Both the position numbers and the translations under genes were made by a program. Of a stretch of DNA of 64,000 nucleotides, positions 42,911 through 57,493 are shown piece by piece. Numbering within the stretch: position 1 is the first letter of the stretch; every line of letters begins with the position of its first letter. A model generated the notes under the pieces. It searched no databases and was not told the origin of the DNA. It saw nothing but the letters and a program-made list of their open reading frames with translations. Origin of the DNA: Eledone cirrhosa (lineage: Eukaryota); contig OZ024758.1 of the NCBI GenBank assembly GCA_964016885.1, positions 20,274,001 to 20,338,000 of the forward strand, given 5' to 3'.

Positions 42911-43929
42911 TGATCATATGTTCGCCTGTAGGTGTCAACGATAATGTCAGATGTACTTTTAAAATTACTCAACTATGTAATTATATAATTTAGAATTATC
43001 ACAATGGTATAACAAAAGCAAAATATTTATATATCCAAATAAAATGCCGATACATAATTAACCTATTATTGTATGTGTATGTTTAAAATGTTCCATATTA
43101 TACATTCCTGAACTAAGGTTAATTAAACATGAATCATCTAATGCATGTAAACAAAATATATACTATGCAAATGCAAATAAAAGCAATGAAATGACTTCCT
43201 TCTGAAAAGGTCATATCGTTAGATAGTTGTTGCTTCAATTTACAGTATAAAATGAAAACAAATGAACTTCCTAAGGCACTCTCATCTGCATAATTGTCAA
43301 ATGTGTGATGTCAGTCTTACCAACGCCTTGGATCTTCCTAAAGAAATAATCTATCGAAATCAATTTTGTTTCCAAAGAACATTACATGCTAACACGCTTA
43401 TATGGTTCAATGAATTCCATTTACAATCATTCTCGTAAATTCTATATGAATTTGAAGACAAATTGGAACGCTCACTATTCAAAAGTATCAGGTGTTTAAG
43501 TATAGCTCTATAAAATAATACGTGCTCCAATACATGAATTGCTACAGACAGTATGGTCTATTTTCGTCGGAAAAGTATGGATTCTTATTATTATCAGTTT
43601 TACAGAATAGTTCACAGAATATTTCAGAAAAGTGCATCATTAACCTATTTCTCAAGTAAACTTTAATGCAACGACATATGACAACATTGGACATACATAA
43701 TTTACATCATTAATACGTCTCATATGACATAATCAGCTGTCCATTCAATTACGTAAAATAGTTATGATGGTATATTGATATGCTGCTCGTAAGGTAATAC
43801 CATTCTGTTCTAAATTCAGCAATCACCTGATACCGTGTCTCTCTTCTTTCTAATATATACACACATACATCTATACATACACACATCTATACATGCATAC
43901 ATCTATACAGTCATACATATATACATACA

Positions 43930-43971
<42 letters not shown>

Positions 43972-44488
43972 TGTGTGTGTGAGCGTTTATGTATAGATGT
44001 ATGTATGTATATATTATAAAGAAGCGAGATACGGTATTTTTTGAGAAATACATAGAAATATACTAATATAGATATATCTGTGTCGGTGTGTGTGTATGTG
44101 TATGAATCTTCGTGTATGTCTGGATCTGTTTTGAGATATACGAGTAAACCTGTAAGTTTCTGCCTCTATAAGGTTATATGCAGTTATTACATAAATACTT
44201 TTTCAAATGTCTCCCAACTTTTTACAGAACCATTAATCGTCTGTTCTTGCAAATTTCTAACCAACGACCGTCTTCTTAGTACTGTGATGCTAAGGTTAGT
44301 AACATATTACAAATTCCTACTTACTACAGCTACCGATCTCAATGTGTAGTCAGGGTGATATATATATATATGCAGCTAATTCATAATTACAGAATAACCT
44401 TTCTCTTTTAACAAATGTTTAACATGTTATTGACATCTGCTGGGCAGCTAAACACCACTGTATTTATGTATGTATGTATGTATGTATG

Positions 44489-45737
44489 TATCATCTTGGT
44501 TAAGAGAGTGGGTCTGTCTTTGTGCAGTGCCTTGCTCACTATAAGAGCTTCACGGCACAGGCATTGCTTTATATCTGGATGTCTCTGCACTGTCGTCACA
44601 TGGTACCATGGGCCCAGCACTAAGTGTCAATAATTGTCACAAGTGTAGTGTTTGTGCCAGAGTTTTCAAGTCGCTGGCTGGACTAAAAAGTCACACTCGT
44701 TCAGTGCATCGATAGGGGTTCTCCTACATGGATATAAAGTAGTGGCCATAATCTAAGACGAGTTGGCAGCCACCATGTATGTATGTATGTATGTATGTAT
44801 GTATGTATGTATGTATGTATGTATGTATGTATGTATGTATGTATGTATGCATGTATGTATGTATTATGTCAGGTCACCAGTTGGTGCTACTGGTAACATG
44901 TATCCCAGTACAACTTGTCCCATGGTCGGGTCGTTGGCGACTAAACTGGCAACCCTACCAAGGTTTCTTGGTGAGGAGGGTGACTTTGGACATCATGCAG
45001 GTCTAAAAACAAAACCTGTCAAAGGGCAAAAGAGCTCTTATGAGTCAATGGCCATCCAAATTCACCCGGAGAGATGACCCCTTAGCCTTTGTCACGGCCG
45101 AATTCTAAGAGAAGGAAAACTCTGATATAACACCTGCAACCCTAATGGTATCCAATGATGTTGACTTGTTCTTCTTTTTGGTAAATATCATCTTGGTTAA
45201 GAGAGTGGGACTGGCTTTGTGCAGTGCCTTTGTTCACTATAAAAGCTTCACGGCACAGGCATTGCTTTATATCTGGAGATCTCTCTGCACTTGTCGTCAC
45301 ATAGTACCATGGGCCCAGCACTAAGTGTCAATAATTGTCACAAGTGTAGTGTTTGTGCCAGAGTTTTCAAGTCGCTGGCTGGACTAAAAAGTCACACTCG
45401 TTCAGTGCAACGATAGGGGTTCTCCTACATGGATATAAAGTAGTGGCCATACTCGAAAACGAGTTGGCAGCCACCATGTATGTATGTATGTATGTATGTA
45501 TGTATGTATGTATGTATGTATGCATGTATGTATGTATTATGTCAGGTCACCAGTTGGTGCTACTGGTAACATGTATCCCAGTACAACTTGTCCCATGGTC
45601 GGGTCGTTGGCGACTAAACTGGCAACCCCACCAAGGTTTCTTGGTGAGGAGGGTGACTTTGGACATCATGCAGGTCTAAAAGTAGTGGCCGTACTCGAAA
45701 ACGAGTGGTCAGCCACCATGTATGTATGTATGTATGT
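44489..45737 (+). mobile_element. Tandem array of the RTE-derived element linked by (TATG)n
   Basis: A 3' half at 44489-44776, a full unit at 44868-45477 and an internally deleted unit at 45540-45720. Confidence 0.88.
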
Positions 45738-45900
45738 ACGAAATGAAACTAATAGTTGACTACTAGGCTACTCATCATGCTTGCCAAGCATGTGGAATAG
45801 ATTGTAGATCAACAGGAGGGCTGTGTGTGTGTATGTGTGCATTTATATGTATGTGTATATGTACATATAGATATGTATACGTGTGTGTATGCTCGTGTCT

Positions 45901-46750
45901 AGAGTTACCTCACTTTATGATCTGAGTTCAAATCCGGCCAAGGTGAACTTTGCCTTTCATCTTTACAGAGTCGATTAAATAAAGTACCAGTAATACACTG
46001 GAATAATTGCTGGCCTTGTGCCAAAAGTATAACCAATCATTATTATTGTCGTTATTGTTATTATTATGATTCTTTTTTCGTGCAATGGTCATACTCGATA
46101 ACGAGGGTGCAGCCATCATGTATGTATATATTGTAAACATTTTCGGTTTTAATTTTGACTTTTTTTAACATTGTTAAAATGTGCTTACACGCAAATCCCG
46201 AACACACTCACATACACTCTCTATATTTTCGTTCTGTACAGTCTTAATGTTTTTCTTGATGTAAACACTGTGTGGTTAATAAAGAAAGCATTATTATTAT
46301 TATCATTATGACAGTGCATTGGCAGTATCGGTAGAGGTTCGGACACCTTGATTTGCAGCATATAGTTACGGCCCTTTATGATCTGAGTTCAAATCCAGCC
46401 GAGTTTAACTTTGCCTTTCATCCTTACGGGGTCGGTAAAATAAAGTACCAGTCACGCACTGGCGTCGATTTAATCGACTTTCCCCTACTCCCAAATTGCT
46501 GGCCTTGTGCCTATATGAGAAACTATTATTATAACACTGGATTTGCAGAATCAGTAGAACATAGGACACCTTGCTCCGAGACGTTGAGTTATGGCCCTTT
46601 GCGTTCTTATATCAAATCCCACCGAGATTAGCTTTGCTATTCGTCCTTACGGAATCGATAAAATAGTACCAGTCATATGCTGGGGTCAATTTAATCGACT
46701 TACACTTTCCAAAAGTTGCTGTTCTTGTGCCTATAATAGAAACAATTATT
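45901..46750 (+). mobile_element. Three SINE A copies (45901-46040, 46313-46532, 46537-46750)
   Basis: Similarity to other copies. Confidence 0.82.
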
Positions 46751-47916
46751 ATTATTCATATTTTAACGAGAAAAATATTTTTAAAATAACACACTTGGCT
46801 TTATCTTTAAGCTTCACCGTGTTTATAGTACTTATTTTCTCAAACATCTTACAAATCGCGTAGAAAAAATAATGGCTGATTTTATAATTTAAAAAATGAA
46901 GACTAAATAAACAACAACCATTGAAGCACATATTTCAAAGCTCATTAGAATCTTCATTGATCTTCAATTTTATTTTATATGCTTTCAGCATTATATTTCG
47001 TCGCATCTACTTGCAAGCTGCGTATTTGTTTCAAGTATATAACAAGAAAGGAATATTATTTATAATAAATACTACAATATCCACACACAACACTGTTTAT
47101 ATTATTTCAGGTTTCGTTTTATGCGCCGGAAATTTAAATTTATTATCTCTTAATATTTCAACTTTACTATAATTAAAAGATGCTCATGTTATGTCGCATA
47201 CTTTGGCAAATTTCTAAAGCAAAAAAGTGAAATCACTATTAATAGGTAGAACATCGTTATACATTTCTAACAACATTCTCTCATCTTGAGACCTCTGATG
47301 ATTGTTTTCAAACTATAAAAACAAATATGAATTTCATTCATGTCTTCTTACATTTTAACATCTGCTACAGATGTAAATATCAGCTTTCAGAAAATGAATC
47401 AGTCATTATGTTGTAACTTTTGTTTAATTCTATACTTATCGGTGGATTGTGTTGAGCATGCGTCAAAGGTCACGGTTAAATATATAACTGGGTAGAGTAA
47501 TTTCACTAGCCCTATACAAGTCTCCCAGTAACTTAGTGTTTTGTTGACCCAAATATAATCACTAGCAGTTAGTTCCATGAAATAATATGGTAAACAGTGA
47601 TATGCTAGTTCTCAGTTAGGGGACATATCTCTAATTTAATCTCGCCGAGTTTTACACTCACAAATAAGAAGAACCAGGGCCGCCCCTAGGAGCATTGCAT
47701 TTGATGCATATCCTATTTGTTTCGGTTGCTGACTACAATCAGCGTTCGCTGCTTTCCTGAGGGTCAATAGTTTTCTTATAACACGAGCGGGAGCGTCTTT
47801 CCATTGACAATTTGCATTGATCATCTGCAAAGCCGCATTGTTCTCAGAACCACTGCACCAGTCTTTAGATCGATGCAGCTGGAACTACTGCCACCCTTTG
47901 AATTGGCAGCATCGCA

Positions 47917-48055
47917 ACTCATTTCTACAGCTGAGTAAACTGGAGCAACGTGAAATAAAGTGCTTTGATCAAGGACACAACAAATCAGCTGGTCCGTGAA
48001 TCACTCCCAACATTTCGCAAGCCCAGTGCTCTAACCATAAGGGAAGCACCTTCAC
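47917..48055 (-). mobile_element. Second tRNA-derived SINE family (Nin/Deu-domain-like)
   Basis: ACTCATTTCTACAGCTGAGTAAACTGGAGCAACGTGAAATAAAGTG..CAAGGACACAAC resembles the reverse complement of a Deu/Nin-type core. A decayed plus-strand relative may lie at about 60225-60303. Confidence 0.6.
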
Positions 48056-50616
48056 GGGGGACATATGCATTTTCTTAAAATCAATATTCAGAAATGTTTG
48101 TCATCATTATCAAAGTAAAAGTTATACGAACCATATGTACAACTCTTAAACAGAATACAAACCATTCTTAAGACGAAAGTTTCACATGTTGAGCCCTGGA
48201 GGAACCTCACCCTCCCACAGGGACAATGAAAAGTCTCAATTAAAAAAATATATTGTGCTGGTTCTTACCATAACTGAGATCGGGTATATCAAACCAATTT
48301 ATTTGATGATTATATATTGACAACCGTTAGTTATGTCTTAGTGCTTGTAATATTGTAGATTGTATTCATCAGAGTTTGTAATTTCACATCGTTAGTTTCA
48401 GATTTGCAATTACACGTAGTAAAACATATCATTATATCTGGGGTTTTTTAAGCGTTATACAAAACGTTGCATTCAATTGTATTTAGAATCGAATCTAACA
48501 AGATTCATTATATGTATGTCCGAACATCAAAGAGAATTGACATGAAAAAAACAACGTTATATTGCCCGAGTCGTTTAGTAAATACTATATAATTTGCTTT
48601 GAAATTACATGAATACTTTTTCAGTATAGACCGCATGTATCTGACGGTGTCTTTATATTGGACTCAGTAATAGTGTCTATGAATAAAATCAATTACATAT
48701 TCAGGCATATATGTGTCAACGTTTCATCTGACTCTAAGCGTTTTTTCTTTTCTGAAAAACTGTGGTCAGCAAAGCGATTGTGGGAAAGAAAAGGAAACAC
48801 AGAAAGTTATATTTATGAATAGCAACATGATTATTTTATTAGCCAAGATATTGATGGATTGTTTGACCGATTAATGATAAAACTGAAGTGACACACTATC
48901 ATGGCCACCAAAAATAGAACAATATCTGTTTCAACGCATGATTCCACATAAGAAATCGTGAAAGTCAAATGCAAATATCACTATACCTAAATATATATTA
49001 ATGGGTGAGTTAATGTATTTACAAACATAATGAAGCTCTATATATTTTAAATATATTTATAGCTGTAATGTTAAATGTGAATAGTTTTATCTATTAACAA
49101 GATAAGAATGTTAAACCTGATATACTGTATATAACACGTGGTCTCCGAAATCAAAATGTGAGTGGTGAATCATGTATGACTGCTATTTCCAGCAATTGGA
49201 GAAAACAAAATGATGCACTGTAAGTAAATGATTGGCCGTTTATTATATTCGTAATGTGTATCCAAACTAAATTATTACATTTCATTTGCTGAAATATCGC
49301 CTCGCTTCTCTCTTCAATGCATAATACTAAAAATATATTTAAATCATATCGAAGTAAAAGCAATATATAAATATCGCTATACTTTCTATTTGTTAAAATT
49401 GCTAATTGCCTGTTTCGAAGTGAAATAGATCTGATGAAATTAATTAGATTGTTCGTGACCTATGCCTGAGTATCTAGGGCAATGCGACCACAGAAAACAA
49501 AAATAACTAAATTGAACAATGTACTATATTTCTTTCTGCAATAGGGGATTGTGTTATATAAGGATCTGTGATTTATAAATTTCTAACAATTAAAACTTTC
49601 ATGAAAATATGTTATATTTAGTGAGGTAGATAATCATGTTTCGGGAAAACAACGTTTCCATTTCGTGTCTCACAATGTAATCGACGAGAAAATAAGGAAA
49701 CCCTATATAGAATTGTATGTTGTAGTACGTTCTTGGTATTTTGCTAATTCCAGTTTTGTAATTATCGACTGCATGAGTTTGAAACCAACGTAAAACTAGG
49801 TTAGCTGAATGAAGCCAGCTTCCAGACAGACGTTTTAATGAAATAGTAAAGCACGCGTGGAAATAAATTTCATCTGAAAATATTGTATCTTATGAATATT
49901 GAATACATGAACAACAAAGCACAACGCTCTATCTTAAAGTATTTCACATTACACAATATAAACATATGTCTACTCTGCCTTAAAATATTATTCGCGTGTA
50001 CATGATTGGGACAGAGATATTTCGAGATACAGAATTTTATCATGAATTTCCCAATAGTTGAAATGTATTTGCAGGACGAACTTCCTTTCCTCAACCAGTT
50101 CAGTCGCGCACCAAGCTCAGTTCTGACTAATCTAGTAAATAAACATTATGAATGTGCTGAAAATCTATAGAATCGATTAGGCATATATTTCCCCAGCGTG
50201 AAAACGTAAAGGATTAATGTTAAATAGCTTCGGTTTGTGAAAAATTTCTTTTCATCACGTACCCTTTACTAACTCACACCATGTCTACATTTGATTCATA
50301 AGATTAACTTCGTTTACATACGCAGACATATACATTCTATGATATACATGTTAAAGTCAATCACTTGATTTTCTTTCCTTAGTCTGTCGGAATTAATCTA
50401 TATCGTTATAGGATTAATTTCGGTATACCAAGCAGAAATTGGTGAGTTCATAGATAACTGTACACCACCTGATGGCGATCCTGTACCATACAGTGCACGC
50501 AACAACATACACGGACAAAGACAGTCATGTGTAACAGAAGTGACGCGTAAGAATGCGCAGGTTTCAGTTGATATATATTACGAGCGATTGAGTACTTCAT
50601 TCTTATAATATATCAG

Positions 50617-50970
50617 GATTGGCAGTATCGGTAGAGGGTCGGATGCCATGCTTTGACGTATAGAGTTACGGCCCTTGCCATTGTGAGTTCAAATGCCGCC
50701 GAGGTTAACTTTGCCTTTCATCCTTACGGGATCGATAAAATAAAGTACCAGTAATGCACTGGGTAATTGCTGGCCTTGTGCCAAACGCAGAAACAATTAT
50801 GTCTTATACGACATATATAATATGACTTTTTTATACAAGCTAAAACAGGATTTATCATGTATATATATAATTACGGTTTCAGTTCAAATTCCGTCGAGGG
50901 TCGATAAAATAAAGTACCAGTAATGTACTGAATAATTGCTAGTCTTGTGCCAAAAGTAGAATCAATTATT
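50617..50970 (+). mobile_element. SINE A (50617-50800) plus a deleted copy (50875-50970)
   Basis: Similarity to other copies. Confidence 0.85.
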
Positions 50971-51042
50971 AGATTTATTTTTTTAAAATATATCTACTTT
51001 GCAGAATAAGATTTTATTGTTAACCACTATCTTCCAAATCAC

Positions 51043-51310
51043 ATACGAGTGTAGACCAAAATGTTCATTGGCTGACTATGAAGGAGTAATGCTAGAGCTG
51101 TGAATGCGTGCGTGCATTCATTTCATCTCTTCATATTGATAACTGAATTTTTTCTCTCGGGGTACTCCGTTGAAAAGTAAACCTCATTGTTTTGTTTCAT
51201 GAGAGTATGTTGGCCATAGACTGACTATGAAAGAGTGATGCTAGATCTGTGAAGACATGCATGCATTAACTTCAAATCGTATTAATAACTGCATGTACCT
51301 CCCCAGGAAG
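51043..51310. mobile_element. Mariner-like terminal remnant with a local duplication
   Basis: TA-CGAG..CAAAATGTTCATTGGCTGACTATGAA start; the segment is repeated at about 51215-51295. Confidence 0.4.
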
Positions 51311-53941
51311 TATGTTGGAAAATAAACATCATTAAATCACTCTATGAGATTCTTGTGTTTCGCCTATAAATGCTTCAGATAAATTTCGTATAATAGAAAT
51401 CTGTTGTAATAAATATATATGTTTTCAAACAGCAAGGGTATTCCGTTATTGAGCGTGTAACTTTTGTTGGTCATCCTACATATTAGACAATCAATGTTCT
51501 TGTTACTGTTTGAATAATGCGAGAGTCTCCTTGGGGAATTAACGGGCAAGTTATTGAGATTTACACAGATAGATACAATATTAACTTAGTTCTCCTGGCA
51601 GTATTCATCGTAACAGTGGGTACGCCTTAACGGGCTCTTTAATTCTCTTCCAGTTGATTTGAATGAACAAACCATAAATATAATGTTTTGCTGATGGACA
51701 CCTCACATCAAGATAAACTGAACAGTTCTAATTATTAAGCCATGAGCTTTGATAAACACTTAACACAAGCGTGGGTGCACACGCATACATACGCATATAG
51801 AAATAACTACATACACACATAAAATAACATGCGCACATAAAGGCAAACAGTATCACAGATTTGATTGATAGTAGTAACTGTTATGAGTGAAATGTTACCC
51901 AATTGGTTTTCCTCAATATCTGATTTGACTAATTTCCGTATTTCTTAATTACATAATTTCATTATTTCATAATTAATTATGGTACAACATTCGTTCAACT
52001 AGGACATTATTTTTGATGTTATACTACTACAACAATAAATTGTCGGATTCATTAGCACGTAAGATTAAACACGTTGGCGTTGTTCATGCTCATTGCATTC
52101 AACTCCCTGGAAGGTCTAACTCAACTGCTACATAATCAATCCATGGCGATTTGTGGTATCAATTTCTGTTTTGTGTAACTGAGTTCAACGAGGCATTTTG
52201 TCAATGAAATGTGGCGACTCCGCTCTTAAAACAAAGTTTTCGAAACACTATGGTGAGCAGCTCCTTTTTTATACCACGTTTCCTTCCTTGTCTAAAAATA
52301 TCTGAAATGCCAACGGTATATATGATGTATATTACTTAATGCTTCTTGGCTTCATAAACAAAATACTAACTAATTAATAACTTGAGTGAAGTATTTATTA
52401 GTTTTGGAATGGAAGATAATACGTGTAATGCGATCGAAATTGAAATCAGAGAAATAAAACTGCAGGAAATGCAATCTCATTGGCTAAGATAAAAATGTGT
52501 AAACCTGAATTTAAGTGTGTATGGTGATTCTCCTCAGAATGTTAATGAACATTTCACCCGGCTTTTAATGAATTACCTAATTTAAGGTATTTAAATGAAA
52601 TGTGACTTTTTTCCCAGTGAAACCTTTCTGATTTATGTTCCTAGATAATCTCTTCTGAATTCACGCTGAATTATCTACGTTCTTGCCGGTAATGATAGTA
52701 ATATAATCGATATCAATCTCAGATACACATTAAATGATAAATTAGATAATTTGGTCTCTGAAATTAAGAAGGGAACATGTTAGGATATCTGCATATGGGA
52801 GAGTCCAGCAAATTCATCACTCTGGCAGTGTTTAAAAAAATCAAATTAGTGTTAGGTGTGCTTATCTGGATTGATATGAGGGTAAACCACAAATATAATA
52901 TCAGTATCGATACGGTTACAACAAATAAAAAAAAATATTTGCTATACATGGCTATCTATATAATTTTAAAAAGAGCACAAATCAAACATACGTTTGGACA
53001 GCATACATAAGTCTTCATATAATAAGGTATGCAATTATTTAAATAATATTAGATTCCTTGATATTAATAGATTCAGGATTTTAGGTCTTTGTATATTAAC
53101 CTCCAATACATATTAACGCCCTGATTGAATATATTTAATATTTCTCAGGTTTAGTAAATCGTATTTCAAATAAATCATTGCAAACAATATATATCCCGCA
53201 TACAGCTGAAGGGTTTAATACAAATATATGTAAACACTCCTATACTAAGAATGTAATATGTATTTAACTAAATATTAAAATGAAATAGCTTTCTGAAAAA
53301 AAAATCAAATAATAAATGCAACTATAATATTTGCTATTTGCAAGATATTTCGTATAAACTTTTTTCGCTTTCTTTTTTCTTACATTAAGGAAGAAAATCA
53401 TATTGATAAAAAAACTTTTCCTCGTGTAGACTGTATTTCTAACGCAAATATTTTGCACTAATGTAAATAGAAATTATACTTGAACTATATCATGCAGAGG
53501 CATTATGAAAAAAGGAAACACCGTTATAGCATGGATACACTTATACATGCATATGTATGTCAGGCAGAAATGCTTGAGGAACAGCGTAGTGATAAAATAT
53601 AATAAATTTATATAAAGGGTCTGTAAAGGAATAGGAAATGGCTTATGTATTCGCCAGTACGACTGGTATACATAGGTAACGCATGTTTCATGTACATAGG
53701 AGCATACTGATTCACACACGCACACATATATATATTTGTATATATATATATATAAATGCATTTATGTATATGTGTGTGTATCTATGCATATATATATGCA
53801 TATATATATATATATATATAAGTAAGATGTATGGTAGGACGTATGTGAATCGTGTTGATAAGTCCCACCATGGGGTCGGACGAAACGGCTGTCGGCAATA
53901 AACTTGTTATAATGTCATAATAGTTCCTTTGTTCTTTTTTA

Positions 53942-54000
<59 letters not shown>

Positions 54001-54003
<3 letters not shown>

Positions 54004-54538
54004 AAAGAATAGAGGTGTAACACACTAGTTATGATATATTGGTAAAAGGAAATGAAAATGCTGACAAATTGTTCCCAGTGAAAAATAGTTTAATTAGGAA
54101 TAAGTAAAAATTAGTAATAAGTATTGCTTAGTATTCAGTTTTGGTTTTAAGTTTTTACCGGTTGTGCATTTCTAATGCTTTTCAAAAATAATTTTGAGAT
54201 AGAACACTCGTGATGTTTGCTCTAATCTGATTAGTTTTGGAAATTCTACCTGTTTTATGTGAACAAAGTGGCTCCAGATGTATTAAAATAAGTTTCGCGC
54301 CAATTCGTGTTGCAAAAATTCTTGAAAATTTCCCAAACTAATCAGATTAGAGCAAACATCAAGGGCGCTCTATCTCAAACTTATTTTTGAAAAGCATTAG
54401 AAATGCGCAACCGGTAAAAATTTAGAACCAAAATTGAATACTAACCAATACTTATTACTAATTTTTACTTATTCCTAATTAAATTATTTTTCACTGGGAA
54501 CAATTTGTCAGCATTTTCTTTTCCTTTTACCAATATAT
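54001..54538. mobile_element. Foldback of family H3 between (TA)n tracts
   Basis: About 210 bp arms at 54034-54245 and 54327-54538; homologous to about 15080-15440. Confidence 0.85.
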
Positions 54539-54550
54539 ATATATATATAT

Positions 54551-54869
54551 ATAAATTAATAAAATAATGAATAAACAAAGAAACAGTTCCTTATATTAAA
54601 AAATTCATCATTTTACGATCGTTTCTAGGATATATGTGTGTTAGTGTTGATATGCATATCCTATAGATCTATGTAACATTTTTACAAACTATCCGAGGGT
54701 ATATACATACCTACACATATATATGCTGTCTTCAGAAATAATTTTACATAGATCTATAGGATATGCATACCAACACTAACACATATATATCATAGAAAGG
54801 ATCGTAAAATGATGAATTTTTTAATATAAGGAACTGTTACTTTGTTTATTCATTATTTTATTGATTTAT
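54551..54869. repeat. About 125 bp inverted repeat abutting (TA)n
   Basis: Arms at 54551-54676 and 54744-54869. The spacer carries CTGAAGA on the minus strand. Confidence 0.85.
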
Positions 54870-54882
54870 CTTGGCTCTGTTT

Positions 54883-54994
54883 TCCGTTATCTTTCACCGA
54901 AAAAAATGTTTGAATACATCTTCTCTTTTCATGATATCCGGATTATATTGAGTTCTTCATACGGATTGGACACTACCGTACATTTTGGTAGATC

Positions 54995-54997
<3 letters not shown>
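54883..54997 (+). repeat. About 115 bp repeat ending at (TA)n; second copy at about 62552-62668
   Basis: CATGATATCCGGA..TTGAGTTCTTCATACGGATTGGACACTACCGTA is shared by both copies. Confidence 0.85.
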
Positions 54998-55036
<39 letters not shown>

Positions 55037-55037
<1 letters not shown>

Positions 55038-55832
55038 TAGCAGCTGAGCCCGGTTGCACCCGGGGTCACTTTTTATTAAGTTAATAATTTGAAAAATATT
55101 TATTGAAAGTTTATTATAAAGAAGCAGTTTCAGGAAAATAAATAGAAATATGCACTTGGGGCTGGACGGCGTACAGTGAAAAAGTGGAGCGACGTGAAGA
55201 GCGTTGTATATTAACAGCGAAATAGCAATGTCGATGATATGCAATTTGAAAAATATTACTTACTGTTAGTGGTGGTTAACATGTATTAGAATTAAAATAA
55301 TAACACGCGTCCCTTCTTCGTAATTTAAGGGTTTTATTACTTTTGATGGAAAACAGTGACCGTACTGCAGAATCGATTTCATAAAACGGCCCTGTATGGT
55401 CGTTAAATATAGAAGGATGTTAGTTTATTAACAGCGAAATAGTAATATCGATGATATGCAAGTCTAAAATGCATATTATGAAGGTTTGTATGATAGTTTA
55501 CACTTTTTCGTGAAACTGCTTCTTTATAATAAACTTTACATAATATTTTTCAAATTATTGGTACTGTATGTTAACAGCGAAAGAACGTTGATGAGTTTTA
55601 AAATGTGTATGAAATTGTAAATAAGACAAAAGTATTAGAACAAGGGGAAATAACTCACCGAACGCGATAGTTTTGGGACCCCAGGGACCACATTTTGCAA
55701 GTTAGAGATTTGAAACCTCGTCTATTTGCTTCCTTGGCATGTTTTACCTAGGTGTGTAAATTTTCATGTCAGTCCGACCACCTCTGCTACCATTTAACCG
55801 TGCACATCTGAATTTCAACCACCACCCATTTC

Positions 55833-55868
<36 letters not shown>
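55037..55868 (-). mobile_element. Non-autonomous Helitron-like element
   Basis: Minus-strand 3' end has hairpin CCCGG-GTGCAA-CCGGG then CTAG|T. Internal repeats TTAACAGCGAAA are present. The 5' limit is approximate, within (TA)n. Confidence 0.65.
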
Positions 55869-56038
55869 CAATGATATTAATAAATGGAATCTATATTTAT
55901 AAAACCAGATTTATTCTATTATATATATTTCAAGCGTAACAAAACTTTGCTACGCGTTCGTCAGATAAAATACAAAGTTTGTTTTATAAATATTGACATA
56001 TCCAGGAACGAGAACTTAACGGTCAAGTTTTTCCTTTG

Positions 56039-56106
<68 letters not shown>

Positions 56107-56391
56107 TATTTATGCATATATATATATATATGAAAATAGAGAGAAAAAGACGATCATTAGGAAGTAAAATATATATTTTTCCATTAATTGTTTCTCTCTT
56201 TTCTGGGTTAGACAATTATTAAATATATAAATACATAAATTCCATTATTAATTAAAAAATAAATTAACTAATAACTTAACACTTCACACAAAGTAAAATA
56301 GTTTGTCTTAAACATTTCTAACCCAGCAAAAAGAGAAAAAAAAGAAAAAAAAAAGATTTTTCTTCCTAATAATCTTTTTTATCTCCCTATG

Positions 56392-56680
<289 letters not shown>

Positions 56681-57284
56681 AAAACTACATGTGTGGGCGT
56701 TTGTTGTGTGCATGTAAATAAATATAGAGAATTAGTGTTTATATTCTCTAACCACTTATTTCAGTTTCTCAGGAATGGCAAATTACACAAAACAGATATC
56801 TGTCTGACGTTTACGTTTCAATTTTAAACGGAAACATGAGTAGTTTACATAGGACCTGCTATATGTATCAGTTGAGACCATATAAGGCTTTACTTAACGT
56901 CATTCTCTCAGTTATCACTACTTTGCTTGAACAACAATAGGTTTACTATTAGTAATGATCGCTCATATATATATTCAACCATCATCATGCAACAAGTTAC
57001 TCTGTTGCAGTCAGTGTAAACTGAAATATATATGATAATGTACTTCAAGCAAGTGGATTAACTAGGTCTTACAGTATTTGTCCAAATACAGATGATTTCG
57101 ATAAAGACTCTCAACTTATCATTAATTGCACAGCGCTGTTAGGATTCTTATTGTGGCGAATTTGTGAAATATATAATGTCATTACAAGAATTAGTGTACT
57201 AAATTTCTTGTCTTAAATATATATATATAGAAATAGCTCTTCAGGAACAGGTAGTCGAAACAAAGAAGAAGCAGATCATTCAAT

Positions 57285-57493
57285 ACATCTGCTACACGTC
57301 GGGCTGAGGAGGCGAAACTCTTCAAATACCGGTCGCTCTCCGATTCACCACCATAGGCACTAAGTTGGCCAGCCGCAGGTGTGAGCCCCGCGAGTTGGAA
57401 TGGCTCTTCCAGCGCGTCTCCCTTGCCGTCCTCCGGGGAAATGCCTTCTCTATTCTGTCCGCCGGTGCTGTGGGACGCCGCCAGTATGATTGA
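57285..57493 (+). mobile_element. 3' fragment of a CRE-clade retrotransposon with an internal deletion
   Basis: SATRRAEEAKLFKYRSLSD / FTTIGTKLASRRCEPRELEWLFQRVSLAVLRGNAFSILSAG; homologous to 21745-21912. Confidence 0.78.
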
